Below, one piece after another: positions 1 to 11,198 of a stretch of 64,000 nucleotides of DNA (positions are counted from its first letter, which is position 1; each line of letters begins with the position of its first letter). The stretch comes from Macrostomum lignano (lineage: Eukaryota). The notes beneath the pieces were generated by a model. It saw only the letters and a program-made list of their open reading frames with translations. It was not told where the DNA came from and did not search any database. The position numbers and the translations under genes are program-made. The stretch lies in NCBI GenBank assembly GCA_002269645.1, contig NIVC01000031.1:496001-560000 (forward strand), in the 5' to 3' direction.

Positions 1-49
1 TAACGGGCACATTAGACTGCCAGACTCCAACTGAATGTACAATCCTTAC

Positions 50-191
50 AAATGTTGCTTGTTGATTCGGGTCGAGCGCGTGTCTGTACAGCACGTTGAC
101 CACGGTGTACAGACCGATCCACAGCAGGACGTCAGTCCAAACCAGACTGTACACGCTGACCTGCCAGTGCAGCAGGTACCTGATCATCAGA
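50..191 (-). CDS. best: Bestrophin-family chloride channel, N-terminal coding exon; gene runs off the left edge
   Basis: Manual translation LMIRYLLHWQVSVYSLVWTDVLLWIGLYTVVNVLYRHALDPNQQATF matches the bestrophin N-terminal pattern (LLxWxxSIY..L.....Y..YR.AL...QQ..F). Acceptor ctacag at 192 (alternative atcag at 180); donor gtaag at 49. Confidence 0.7.
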
Positions 192-1334
192 CTGTAGTTT
201 CTCGGCTGCTGTTTGCTGTTAATAAACTCAAACAGTCGAGTACGCAATCGACGAATCTCCCGACGCGACTCTGCTCGAGTTCGGTGTCGATCGGTTGACC
301 CATCGGCAGCTGCGGCCGATGGCGAACTGTTGCTGCCGCTGCTGCAACTGCCCGCGGAGGAGTGGCTTTGACCGCAGCGGAAGCAGGACGCGAATGCCGC
401 GAAAGCCGATTGATCAGCTCCTTGCGGCTGACGATTGCTTTCGACTTGTTCCGGTGACACGTTCTGGTATCGGTTCATTTTACTCAACAGAGAGCAACAG
501 GTACTTTCGCGCTGTTTTGAGACTCAAGCCTTATGAAGAGCTCTAACAGAAAAAAGACTGCACAAAATGCACGCAAAAAGTTAGCAAAACTTCAACTCTT
601 AAACTATTTAAAGTGAAGAGCTACATTTTGTGTGCCGAGAGAGGGGCGGGCAGGACCGAGAAATACATTGATATATTTTGTTTAACTTGTCATACCCCTG
701 CAGCTCTGTCTCTGGCTATGCCTAGGCAAGTACGGTGTTGTTTTAGAACATCACGTGACTGCTCGCGCTCAGCGGGGGGGTAGGGTTGAGGGGCTAAGGG
801 GCTAATTTGGTAGTTCAGCTGTGTGTATGCAAAAGGGGGTGTTTGGACAGACAAGTTTTTCGCTTGAAGAGACTTAAGAGAGAAGAGAGAGGCAGGTTCG
901 GGTGGCAAATTACTGGGTAAAACCCAATAAAATGCGGCTGTACATTTCCATTGCGTGACCATTCGTTGAAAGGCTGCTATTAATGTCTAAAAAATTTCCG
1001 ATAGAAATGAACTGCCTGATATACTCGCAGATCTTTACCGAATAGCAACAACCTGTTTTCTAGGTCCGAAACGACCTTTGAGTTGTTTTCTAGGACTTGC
1101 AAATACATGTAATGACAAATTAAAGACTGGATATTGGTTTGATTACAAAAATTTGTATTTTCTGTCAATCATTTAATATATTGCCAAGATTCTCGTCGAT
1201 AGTAAAATCAGTATATGAATGAAAAATCAATAAATTTTGCTTAGAGCCATTTGACAACCACTTTGAGCTTGCAATTAGCACCTCCCCCCTTGAGTTGAAG
1301 CCCACGATGATATTCCACCGTACAATGACAGATC

Positions 1335-2450
1335 TGACTCCACAATGACACTCCTGACTCCAAAATGACACTCCTGACTCCACAATGACACTCCTGACTC
1401 CACAATGATACTCCTGACTCCACAATGACACTCCTAACTCCAAAATGACACTCCTGACTCCACAGTGACACTCCTGACTCCACAATGACACTCCTAACTT
1501 CACAATGATACTCCTGACTCCACAATGACACTCTTGACTCCACAATGACACTCCTAACTCCAAAATGACACTGCTGACTCAACAATGACACTCCTGACTC
1601 CAAAATGACACTCCTGACTCCACAATAACACTCCTGACTCCACAGTGACACTCCTGACTCCACAATGACACTCCTAACTCCACAATGACACTCCTAACTC
1701 CACAATGACACTCCTGACTCCACAATGATACTCTTGACTGCACAATGACACTCTTGGCTCCACAATGACACTCCTAACTCCACAATGATACTCCTGACTC
1801 CACAATGACACTCTTGACTCCACAATGACACTCCTAACTCCAAAATGACACTCCTGACTCCACAGTGACACTCCTAACTCCACAATGACACTCCTGACTC
1901 CACAATGATACTCTTGACTGCACAATGACACTCTTGACTCCACAATGACACTCCTAACTCCACAATGATACTCCTGACTCCACAATGACACTCTTGACTC
2001 CACAATGACACTCCTAACTCCAAAATGACACTCCTGACTCCACAGTGACACTCCTGACTCCACAATGACACTCCTAACTCCACAATGATACTCCTGACTC
2101 CACAATGACACTCTTGACTCCACAATGACACTCCTAACTCCAAAATGACACTGCTGACTCCACAATGACACTCCTGACTCCAAAATGACACTCCTAACTC
2201 CACAATGATACTCCTGACTCCACAATGACACTCTTGACTCCACAATGACACTCCTAACTCCACAATGACACTCCTGACTCCACAATGACACTCCTGACTC
2301 CACAATGACACTCCTGACTCCACAATAACACTCCTGACTCCACAATGATACTCCTGACTCCACAATGATACTCCTGATTCCACAATGACACCCATGACTT
2401 CACAATGACACTTCTGACTCTACAATTACGCTTATGAGTCCACAATGACC
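1335..2450. repeat. 20-bp minisatellite (CACAATGACACTCCTGACTC)n, ~55 copies
   Basis: Visible 20-bp periodicity with recurring point variants; explains ORFs 1165-2445. Confidence 0.97.
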
Positions 2451-3789
2451 CTCCTTGACCAAAACAACTTTAATCCGGAATGTAAAATTACTTTAAACCA
2501 TCTTAATTCTCTTTTCAAATAGTCTATGGTAAAAAGACAATAGGAAAGTTCAAAAGAAGACTGACATTCTGAAGTTCCTTTACGACGTACGTTTTATGCT
2601 TCAGCACAGCACACTGAGCTGCATCGATCAATCAATAACCAAGCAATGGTTAGAATTGCCGGTACAAAAACTGAAAACCCGCTAGCATTAATTCACAATA
2701 AATGGAATTTAATCTCGGCCTCAACAATTCTAACAACATTTGTCCTGGCCCTGCTGCTGTTCTCGCTGCTCATCAATCGGCAGACGTTCGGATCGTCGGC
2801 CGTCCGACGACGCGTCGAAGAGCAGCAGCTGGCGTACGGTTCGGCCTGGCACGGCGTCCGAGTGACCAGGGAACTGCGGCTGGTCCGAAATCCGAATTTG
2901 AAACCGAAGACAAGTGACTGATTTGTTGTTCGAAATTATACTCCTTAATAATTGCTGCTTCTAATTAAACTTATGTGATAACACAACGGCTCCCTAGTCT
3001 TACTTTTTGGTAATTAACACGTGGCTTAAAAAGATTTTTGTGCGAATCTAATAAACCTCCATTATTTAACATCCCTAGGTAACTAAAGTGGATTAATCGA
3101 AGCTTGATTACATTTTATAAAGTAAGCAGGACCTTGTGCCATTTGCAGTGTAGTGAGCTAAAGTCAATCGCTCTGCCAACGCTCTAAAGGTGGCGGTTTT
3201 CTATGATGGAAGCTTGGGGACAGAGCAACAAAGTAATGGAACGTTGCAATCCACCTATACTAAATCTCTAAGGTTTGTATGCTTGCTTGCTCGAATGCTT
3301 GTATTGGATACTAAACCTCTCAAAAGCTTTTACAAGGCTTAAACTATCAGAGTTTATTTAAAAAGATTTCACGTTTCTATTTTGTGTTGAGACTCGAAGA
3401 ACAATCAACGCCGAACCCCATCTGCAGCGGTCCGCCTCAGTCCGTCCCAGAGCGAGCCAAGGTTCACGCAGTCGGGCCACTCGCCCATGGCAAACAGGCT
3501 AACCGGGATCTGCACAAGCAGCGGGGAGCCGTAGCAGTCCTGCATCTGAAGCCGATTTCCTGGCTTCTCATCGATTCTGTCCAGCTTCCACTCGGACTCG
3601 TCCAGAATCTGCCAGCCGTCGCAGTCAGTCCAGTGTGGAAAGCTGATGAAGAACCAGAAAGCTCCCCACTCAGACTCATCTAGGATGTCAACAGGATCTC
3701 CTCGAACGGCGGGTTGAGCACCCAGCCACCTTGATGCTGTATCAAGTGATGCATCAAGGATTCGCTCGAACAGCAGGTCGATGCGGCGC

Positions 3790-4000
3790 ACGCTGGCTCG
3801 CTGCTGACGCTGCAGGCACCTTACCGGTGGGGCAGGCCCGCACTCGACGTTTCGACTGCCTGCTGGCTGATGCCGGCGCCCCGGACACTGCCAGCAGTAC
3901 GATCGTACGTTCGTGCCTTGAAACGCGCCCTTGTGACATTGTCCCACGATTGACTAGCTGACAATTTATTTTGTTGTTGTTGTTGCTGTTGTTGTTGTTG
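3790..4000 (+). mobile_element. 3' end fragment of an RTE-like LINE with (TTG)n tail
   Basis: Encodes ..RFDCLLADAGAPD.., similar to the 3' segments at 31176-31414 and 60350-60560; ends in a TTG-repeat tail at 3971-3999. The 5' boundary is approximate. Confidence 0.5.
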
Positions 4001-4328
4001 GAGTACTTTGGTAGGTCATTGGGTTATTTTAGTTGGTCAGCTCGGGATCATTCTGGGGTCTTGAGCGCTTCTTAGAATCCTCGTCAAGAGTAAATAAGAA
4101 ATTCAGTTTAAAGATGTTTTTGCTTCAAAAACGGAGCCGACAGCTCGCATTCGCATGTCGTCAAAGCACAGGACTTCGCGCACTCTGTGTATTCATTAAA
4201 AGCAAATCATACAGAAAAATCAAAAAAAGTTTCAAACTCTTTATCAGTCTAGAGCAGGTCCAAAGTCACGCAGACCCAGCTCCAAGCAGTACAAACCGGT
4301 ACAGCTGGTCCAGTGTTGAGTTTGCCAC

Positions 4329-4641
4329 TGTTGTTATTTTGGAGTCGCTTTGTTTAACTTTAGGATGAGCAACGGAAAAACAAACGATAGGCACGAAAGG
4401 CCTTGCACGGTCAATATATTTTGTATTAAAAATGGTGAGTGAAAATTGGGGGGGTGGGGGGGGCTAGGTAGGCTAGGAGAGAGATAAGAAGGGTAGGAAA
4501 ACGGGGGGAGGCGGCAAAGCGCACAAACAGAGGGGGTGGTTTGAAAGCGGCAAATAAATCGATATTAGGCTAAACAACCACCACCGTACACACAGGTACA
4601 TATGCACTGAATGAATGAGTGAATGAATGAATTCCGCGACA
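4329..4641 (-). repeat. 3' LTR of the BEL/Pao element (TG...CA)
   Basis: Matches 10889-11198 except for T/G homopolymer lengths; preceded on the minus strand by the purine tract GGGGAG (4642-4647). Confidence 0.95.
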
Positions 4642-5030
4642 CTCCCCAAATGACTTGTCATTTGCGATAATGGATGAACTATAATGAATGAATGAACTCG
4701 GAAACATTTGGGCATGTTTGAAAATAGCAAAGACTAATTGAGCATTAACCACCACCCAGCAAAACCGAAACTACGAATGAATAAATGTTTTCATACGTTA
4801 ATTTATACTTTTACGCTCGAAGTTTAAATTTTAAACGTTATAAATATGAGCAGGAGGCTGAGTTGAACAAATAGGAAATATCAATGAAAAAGATTTTTTG
4901 AGCTCAACAGGTTATTGAGTAAACAAAACGACAGATTATGAAGAAAAAAGAAAAAAATAATGACTTGCGCTTAAACTTCACAAGCAAATAGCGCTGTCTG
5001 AGAACAAACTGCCGAGGATTGATGCAAAAT

Positions 5031-8000
5031 TTAGTTGGGAACTTTGAATTCGAGCGGAATGAGAGCTTGAACGGGTCGCCTCAGACGTTCCCGTCGCCGG
5101 GGATCACCCGCTCCCGAAATCCTCACGACCGCAGAGCGAACAACTCCATCGCGACCTGCCTTGACCTCCTCGACAACCCCTAACTTCCAATGGAACCTGG
5201 GTTGCCGGGGCTCGCCCGAAATCAGTACCACTTCACCAACCGTCGGTGAGCGACCTTGCGAATGACGCTTAGACGACTTCTCGCGGAGAGCTTCGAGATA
5301 TGATCCCTTCCACTGGTCCCAAAACCAGTTCAAGGCTGCACGGAGCATTTTGAACCGTTGAGGCAAAGGCAACATCAGTTCAGGACCCAAACTGACTTCA
5401 GGCTCCTGAGTGAGACGAGCTGTCACAATAAAATGAGACGGCGTAATGACTTCCATCGTCTCTCCTGACGCTACATACAGCAGCGGACGGCTATTGACAA
5501 CCGCCTCCACTTCCATCACCAGAGTTAATAACTGATCGTACGTGAATAACTGACGACCGGCGGCTTTTTTAATGGCTATCTTGATGACTCCAATCAACCT
5601 CTCCCAGAAACCTCCCCACCACGGGGCCCGCTCAGGAATGAAGTGCCAGGTGATTCGCTTCGACGTGCAAAACTCCTGAAGCTCCTTAGACACTTCAGCA
5701 CCGATCACCCTGGCAGTTGCACGGAAGGTCTTGGCGTTGTCGCTAACGATTGACGGAATGCCTCTACGCGCCACGAAGCGGCGCAGAGCATGCAGAAACT
5801 GATCGCTTCCCATGCTGGTCACCAACTCAAGGTGCACAGCACGAGTCGCTGCACATGTGAAAAGAAGAATATACGACTTAGCAGAGTTGTCACCCTCCCC
5901 CGTCCGATAATAGATCGGACCAGCATAGTCCAATCCCACAGTCTGAAAGGCTCTGATATCAGACAAACGGAACGGAGGAAGTTGTGGAACCTGAGTGACC
6001 GTGAAGGGCTGACCCTGAAGCTTCCGGCACGTCACACACGTAGAGAGAACCTGTTTCACCCGCTGCCGAGCCTTCAAAACCCAAAAGCGTTCTCGAATTT
6101 TGCACAGAGTTGCAGGCACTCCCCCGTGGAAAACAGCCAGGTGACAGTGCCGGATGATGAGCAGTTCAATATGTGTCTTCCCAGGAATCAGCACGGGGTG
6201 ATTCGTATCAAAAGGCACGGCATCAGCGAGCCGCCCTTTGGAACGGATGAGTCCATCGTCGCCAAGAAAGAGTTGCAGTTGTTGAACCAGTGGCGTACGA
6301 GGACCAGCACCTTGTAAGTGCTTGAGTTCTGGCCCAAGAAAAATCTGTTGAGCAGCGCGAAGAATCGATGTTTCTGCGTCGACAACTTCTGCAGTAGTCA
6401 GAGACCTCTGCTGTTGTTGGGTGGATTTTTTTGCTGCCGCTCGCGCGTTGCTGATGAAGCGGCGCACCCAGGCAACCACGCGAGTTAGCTTCGGCCATGA
6501 CGAGTAGTCGTGAATGTTCAAGATCTGAAGAAGATTGCGAGTCTGGTTTCCCTCGTCACCGATCTCTGCTGTGGCCAGACAATAATGCTGGTCAGGCTTC
6601 GCCGGACCACTTGGAGCACAATCGACTGATAGTTCTTCGGAAATTTCGATGCCTGGGTCATATGGAAGCTCGTAAGAGTGCAGGAAAGAGGGGCCGTCCA
6701 GCCACATAGGATTGCTCACAAGCTTATCGGGAAAGCAACCTCTGGACGGAATATCTGCTGGGTTGCTCTCCCCCGGGACATATCTCCAATCCACAACCGA
6801 GGAAAGTCTGCGAATTTCAGTGACACGATTGTGAACGAAGATTGGACGAATTCGAGTTTCCTGGGTGATCCACTGCAGTGTGGTCATGCTGTCGGTCCAC
6901 AGCTGTTTCCGTACACCCGGAAATTGTGAGGAAACGAAGTCCATCAACCGAGCCAGAATCAGCGCTCCAAGAAGCTCCAAACGAGGAATGCTGATGACTG
7001 TGAGAGGAGCGATGCGAGACTTCGCCATGATAAGAACAGTTGAGGCACTGCGACGGACATGGTCAATCACCCGAAGGTAGACGACAGCGGCGTATGCTCG
7101 CTCACTGGCGTCGGAAAAACCATGCAGTTGAACCTCAAGGTGATCGGCTTCATCAGTGTCTGGCATCACGTAACGGCGAACGGTCAGGTGCGTCTCCTGA
7201 AGCGAGGTCAGCCAGCGAGACCACTGCGAAGCAATGTCAGTAGGAAGCTGTTCGTCCCACGTCAATTTCCGGCTGCACAGCTGCTGAAACCAAATCTTGA
7301 CAATAGTCACAGCCGGTGACAGAAGGCCAAGCGGATCAAAAATTCTGCCAAGAACGGCGAGCATTGACCGCTTCGAGTGAGGTCGATCCGGGATGGAATC
7401 TAGCAGTGAGCGAAAGTTAAAGTGAAGCGTGTCTGTCTGGGCATCCCAAGGTAGGCCTAAAACCTTACAAGCCTTGCTGACGTCTGCCACCGGCAAGTGG
7501 GCTGTAAAGCCATCAGAGTTTGACTGCCACTGTCTCAAGTTCATCCCTGCTAAGCTAAAAACTTGCTTCGCTTGTTCGTAGAGCGAAATTGCGTCCTTTA
7601 CAGAGTCGCAACTAGTAACTAGATTGTCTACATACAGATCCTGTTTCAGAGTGTCTACAACACCCGGAAAATCGTTCTGGTGCAGTTCGAGATGGTGCAA
7701 AATGGTTGCCCGAAGCACCCCAGGCGAGCACGTAAGCCCAAAGGGCAGACGGCAGAACCGATAATGAATAACCTCCTGAGCACCCGACTGACCCTGAGTC
7801 CAGAGAAAACGGAGCGAATCCCGATCACTCTTCTCAATGCCAATCTGCAGAAAGGCCTTTTCGATGTCAGCTAAGACTGCTATCGGCTTCATTCGGAACC
7901 TAATGAGAATTTGTGGAATTTGCGGAAAATTCGTCGGACCAACTTGAAGTAGGTCATTAATTGCAAAGTCAGCTGAATGAGTTCGAGCTGACCCATCAAA

Positions 8001-8201
8001 CACAATGCGAAGTTTTGTGTGCTCACTTTCTGCTTTGGAGATACAGCTGTGAGGAAGATAGTGAATCAGGCTACTACTAGAGTTACTAACAGGGACTCTC
8101 TCAATGATGCCAAGAGCCTCTTGCTCTGCGATGATGGCTTCGCACTGGGCCAGCTTAGTCTGATCGCGTTCCAGTTGACGTCTGGTCGATATCAGTCGCC
8201 G
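5031..8201 (-). CDS. pol: BEL/Pao pol: RT, RNase H (Pao A17-type region), HHCC zinc finger, DDE integrase
   Basis: ORF 5031-8003 has RLPFGLTCSP, LYVDN, LHGFSDASERAYAA, GLDYAGP, SDNAKTF and WWGGFWER. The same frame stays open back to 8201 (RRLISTRRQL...HYLPH...KLRIVFD). Confidence 0.95.
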   Translation of the reverse strand, partial: RRLISTRRQLERDQTKLAQCEAIIAEQEALGIIERVPVSNSSSSLIHYLPHSCISKAESEHTKLRIVFDGSARTHSADFAINDLLQVGPTNFPQIPQILIRFRMKPIAVLADIEKAFLQIGIEKSDRDSLRFLWTQGQSGAQEVIHYRFCRLPFGLTCSPGVLRATILHHLELHQNDFPGVVDTLKQDLYVDNLVTSCDSVKDAISLYEQAKQVFSLAGMNLRQWQSNSDGFTAHLPVADVSKACKVLGLPWDAQTDTLHFNFRSLLDSIPDRPHSKRSMLAVLGRIFDPLGLLSPAVTIVKIWFQQLCSRKLTWDEQLPTDIASQWSRWLTSLQETHLTVRRYVMPDTDEADHLEVQLHGFSDASERAYAAVVYLRVIDHVRRSASTVLIMAKSRIAPLTVISIPRLELLGALILARLMDFVSSQFPGVRKQLWTDSMTTLQWITQETRIRPIFVHNRVTEIRRLSSVVDWRYVPGESNPADIPSRGCFPDKLVSNPMWLDGPSFLHSYELPYDPGIEISEELSVDCAPSGPAKPDQHYCLATAEIGDEGNQTRNLLQILNIHDYSSWPKLTRVVAWVRRFISNARAAAKKSTQQQQRSLTTAEVVDAETSILRAAQQIFLGPELKHLQGAGPRTPLVQQLQLFLGDDGLIRSKGRLADAVPFDTNHPVLIPGKTHIELLIIRHCHLAVFHGGVPATLCKIRERFWVLKARQRVKQVLSTCVTCRKLQGQPFTVTQVPQLPPFRLSDIRAFQTVGLDYAGPIYYRTGEGDNSAKSYILLFTCAATRAVHLELVTSMGSDQFLHALRRFVARRGIPSIVSDNAKTFRATARVIGAEVSKELQEFCTSKRITWHFIPERAPWWGGFWERLIGVIKIAIKKAAGRQLFTYDQLLTLVMEVEAVVNSRPLLYVASGETMEVITPSHFIVTARLTQEPEVSLGPELMLPLPQRFKMLRAALNWFWDQWKGSYLEALREKSSKRHSQGRSPTVGEVVLISGEPRQPRFHWKLGVVEEVKAGRDGVVRSAVVRISGAGDPRRRERLRRPVQALIPLEFKVPN

Positions 8202-10387
8202 AAAAAAGACAAATCAAAGTGGTCAGTGAGCATAATGGACTCTTTTGGCAGAGACCATGGTAGCTGGACGGAATAGCGTCCATCCCGAAGCTGAGGATTG
8301 CAATGAAACGAGGACTCCGAGTTGGGGCCCGGATCATCTAGGACCCCAATAGACTCTAATTTCCAGAGAGTCGAAATGTCTCGTGTGTGTGAAGCGTCCA
8401 GTGAGATATTCTCGCAAACTGAGCAGCATAGAGCTAAAGCGCAGGTGTCCTCATTGGGAACACTAGACTCGATCGAGTTGCCTATACTAGCACTACATGT
8501 ATTGTTGATGCCAGTAGCGAGGGGGCCGCATAATAGAAACCCCAGCTTTGATGAGATGGCCACTGGGCCAGAGTCTCCACGCACTACCGTGTCACCCACG
8601 ATTTGGTAATAGAAGTCTGAGCCTATTAGAATAGATATAGGCGTGTGCTGATCCCGAGGATCGTATGGATCCGCTAAATCTAGAGAGTGCAGGTGTTCGA
8701 ACCCTGTCACTTTGACTGAATGTTGTGGTTGACATATTGTCTCGACGATATTTGTACGAATCTGGATCACTTCGAAAGAATCCATTTTGCGTAATGCGAT
8801 GTTAGCACTACCAGACTGCAGAGCCGTGCTGTTTCCAGCAAACGACGAGACGTTAAGCCGTTCCAGTGAATTCGCCTGAATGCCCAGCAGGTCACAAATG
8901 TCCTGACGAATGTAGCTGCGATTACTGGCCGTGTCAAACAGAACACGCACCATCATTTCCCGGCGACCATCTGTGCTGAGCAAAATGGCTTTGGCAACGG
9001 GCAGAGCCACTGCCGGATTGTCAGAAATGAACATTGTGAAGGCAAAAGACTCTGTCACAGATGCTAAGCACTGATTCGGCGGCGAAGCTGGTTTCTTGGC
9101 GGACGTGGATGGCTTATCTGACTCCCTGCCTGCCTGTGAATTTTTAATGCAGATGCTGACATGGTGTCTACCTGAGCAGCCCCGACATGGTCTCGGATCT
9201 TTGCATTGAGGTGCCAAATGTCCCAGGCGCAAGCACCTAAAGCAGCGCTTCTCAGACGCAAGAAAGGCCCGTCTCTGATCAGCGGAAACGAGGTTGGTAC
9301 AGGACTCAGACGAGTGTGAGCCTTTGCAGTAGGTGCAGAAGATCTTCGAAGAGGCCTGTTTGGACGCCTTCGGCTGAAGTGTCACCAGAGTCGAGACAGA
9401 CGAATGCCGTGGAGAAGCTTTGCTACTGCTAGAGCCAGCAGGTGATGAGGACTTCGTCGACTCTTTCGAACTCAGGAACTGCCCTTGCCCAGCACTTTCG
9501 CGAACCGTAATTTCCTGCTTTAGCGATCGCAAGAGGCTCTCCAGTGAATTAATGTCCGATCCCTGCATTTGCGCGGCTCTCAGGAGCTCTAACCGGAAGG
9601 CTGATGGGCACTTGCTCATCAGCGATGGAACCAAAAGTGACTCGTAAGAATTGGCAGAGACACCCTGAGCGTTCAGGCTACGCATGGCAGCAGAAATGTC
9701 ATCGTGAAATTGCTGCAGAGAGCGCAGGGATGCATCAGACAGGCGAAGCTCCGAGATTTTATGCATTAACTCCTTGACAACCACCTCGGGTTTGCCAAAG
9801 CGCTCTTTTAGAATATCCACCGCAGTGGAATAGTTGTCAGCAGTGATAGCCAGGCCTCTAATGCATGACTTTGCCGCCTCAGATAGAGAGGCCACGAGAT
9901 AATTAAACTTGTCAATTTCAGAAAGTGAGGTGTTTGAATTGATCGAGGAATCGAATTGATCCCAAAATGATTGCCATGTTGAAACCTGCCCATCGAACGT
10001 GGGAACCTGCAGCTTAGGGAGCTTGACTTGAGGTTGCTGCGACTGAGTGGGAGGCGAACTCGCCTGAGATTTAAAATTACGAGAAAGAGCAGCTTCTAAC
10101 CTTTTGATGCAAGTGAGACACTGCAGCCCATAGCGCTCACAATCATCGCGCTCCGACTCTAACTGCTCATCTGCAAGAGACTCGTCTATCGCATCGTCCA
10201 GTTGCCTCAATATACTGAGCTTCGAATTGAACACCTCGAGATACGCAGCCGCCTCAGCGACTTCGACTTCTCTCTGCAAACCCCTGTCCAACAGCACTTG
10301 CACTTTGCCGACCGCTTTAGTAACGCTAGACCGAATGCCCGCCCGTTTCCGGACAGCAGCTGCCAATTCATCTTCTGAGAGAACCAT
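8192..10387 (-). CDS. gag: BEL/Pao gag-protease
   Basis: KLPKLQVPTFDG/WQSFWDQF gag motif, CCHC knuckles (CTYCKGSHSSESC, CFRCLRLGHLAPQC), protease VLFDTASNRSYI; likely ATG at 10387 (MVLSEDEL). Confidence 0.93.
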   Translation of the reverse strand: MVLSEDELAAAVRKRAGIRSSVTKAVGKVQVLLDRGLQREVEVAEAAAYLEVFNSKLSILRQLDDAIDESLADEQLESERDDCERYGLQCLTCIKRLEAALSRNFKSQASSPPTQSQQPQVKLPKLQVPTFDGQVSTWQSFWDQFDSSINSNTSLSEIDKFNYLVASLSEAAKSCIRGLAITADNYSTAVDILKERFGKPEVVVKELMHKISELRLSDASLRSLQQFHDDISAAMRSLNAQGVSANSYESLLVPSLMSKCPSAFRLELLRAAQMQGSDINSLESLLRSLKQEITVRESAGQGQFLSSKESTKSSSPAGSSSSKASPRHSSVSTLVTLQPKASKQASSKIFCTYCKGSHSSESCTNLVSADQRRAFLASEKRCFRCLRLGHLAPQCKDPRPCRGCSGRHHVSICIKNSQAGRESDKPSTSAKKPASPPNQCLASVTESFAFTMFISDNPAVALPVAKAILLSTDGRREMMVRVLFDTASNRSYIRQDICDLLGIQANSLERLNVSSFAGNSTALQSGSANIALRKMDSFEVIQIRTNIVETICQPQHSVKVTGFEHLHSLDLADPYDPRDQHTPISILIGSDFYYQIVGDTVVRGDSGPVAISSKLGFLLCGPLATGINNTCSASIGNSIESSVPNEDTCALALCCSVCENISLDASHTRDISTLWKLESIGVLDDPGPNSESSFHCNPQLRDGRYSVQLPWSLPKESIMLTDHFDLSFFGD

Positions 10388-10876
10388 GATTGAGATGCGA
10401 ACGACAACGAGAACACAGAGAAAACCGGCAGCGAGAATCCCGACTAAAGAACGTCTAAGCGACCAAACGGAGACAAAGGTGGAAAAGAGAGGACAAGAGG
10501 GCAGGAGACAAACTACGAGTAGTATGCGAATAGAAAAAAGAACATCGAAAAAACAAGCACATAGAGTCAATCTACCGCAAGCCGTGCAGAGTCAGAAGCC
10601 AGCAGCACCGGCTCGAATCTAGATGAGAGCCCCTGGTTCCAGAACGTCACGAAGTTGGCCCGTGCTATGATGTGAAATCAGGTGTGGTCGAGCGGAGACC
10701 GTGACCGCCACGGCAGAAGCCGGTTGAACCAGGAGCGAGCCACTGTCGAGTGCAGACGGCTAGAACAGCGAACTGCAGAGAATGTTGAGCTGGGCCGGAG
10801 TTGAGGTCGAGTTTGGCTAGTCGAACTGAGCTTCTAATGCTAGATTTTGAGCCAGGTTGAATTCTTCAGTAATTTA

Positions 10877-10888
10877 CATTGGGCGCCA
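10877..10888 (-). promoter_or_regulatory. Primer binding site TGGCGCCCAA(TG), tRNA-Lys type
   Basis: Directly follows the CA end of the 5' LTR; the first 10 nt match the known tRNA-Lys1,2 PBS start TGGCGCCCAA. Confidence 0.8.
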
Positions 10889-11198
10889 TGTTGTTATTTT
10901 GGAGTCGCTTTGTTTAACTTTAGGATGAGCAACGGAAAAACAAACGATAGGCACGAAAGGCCTTGCACGGTCAATATATTTTGTATTAAAAATGGTGAGT
11001 GAAAATTTGGGGGGTGGGGGGGCTAGGTAGGCTAGGAGAGAGATAAGAAGGGTAGGAAAACGGGGGGAGGCGGCAAAGCGCACAAACAGAGGGGGTGGTT
11101 TGAAAGCGGCAAATAAATCGATATTAGGCTAAACAACCACCACCGTACACACAGGTACATATGCACTGAATGAATGAGTGAATGAATGAATTCCGCGA
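10889..11198 (-). repeat. 5' LTR of the BEL/Pao element, lacking its first 2 bp (TG)
   Basis: Direct repeat of 4329-4639. Confidence 0.95.

Larger units (their letters stand above)
4329..11198 (-). mobile_element. Full-length BEL/Pao LTR retrotransposon, very recent insertion
   Basis: Two near-identical ~310-bp LTRs, PBS, purine tract, gag-protease-RT-RNaseH-integrase order, and flanking direct repeat TTGCCAC at 4322-4328 and 11199-11205. Confidence 0.96.

Noticed and set aside
1165-2445. Long ORFs over the 20-bp array, and likewise 12573-13973, 19622-20402, 20819-22110, 43897-44607, 46897-47535, 48366-49403 and 52953-53687
   Set aside because: They are by-products of stop-free tandem units, with no domain content or splice support.
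2646-2921. 91-aa ORF with a hydrophobic stretch
   Set aside because: Short, with no homology cue or exon boundaries identified.
3405-3700. Minus-strand frame with duplicated ILDESEW motif
   Set aside because: No recognisable domain or clear splice sites; it cannot be supported as a gene.
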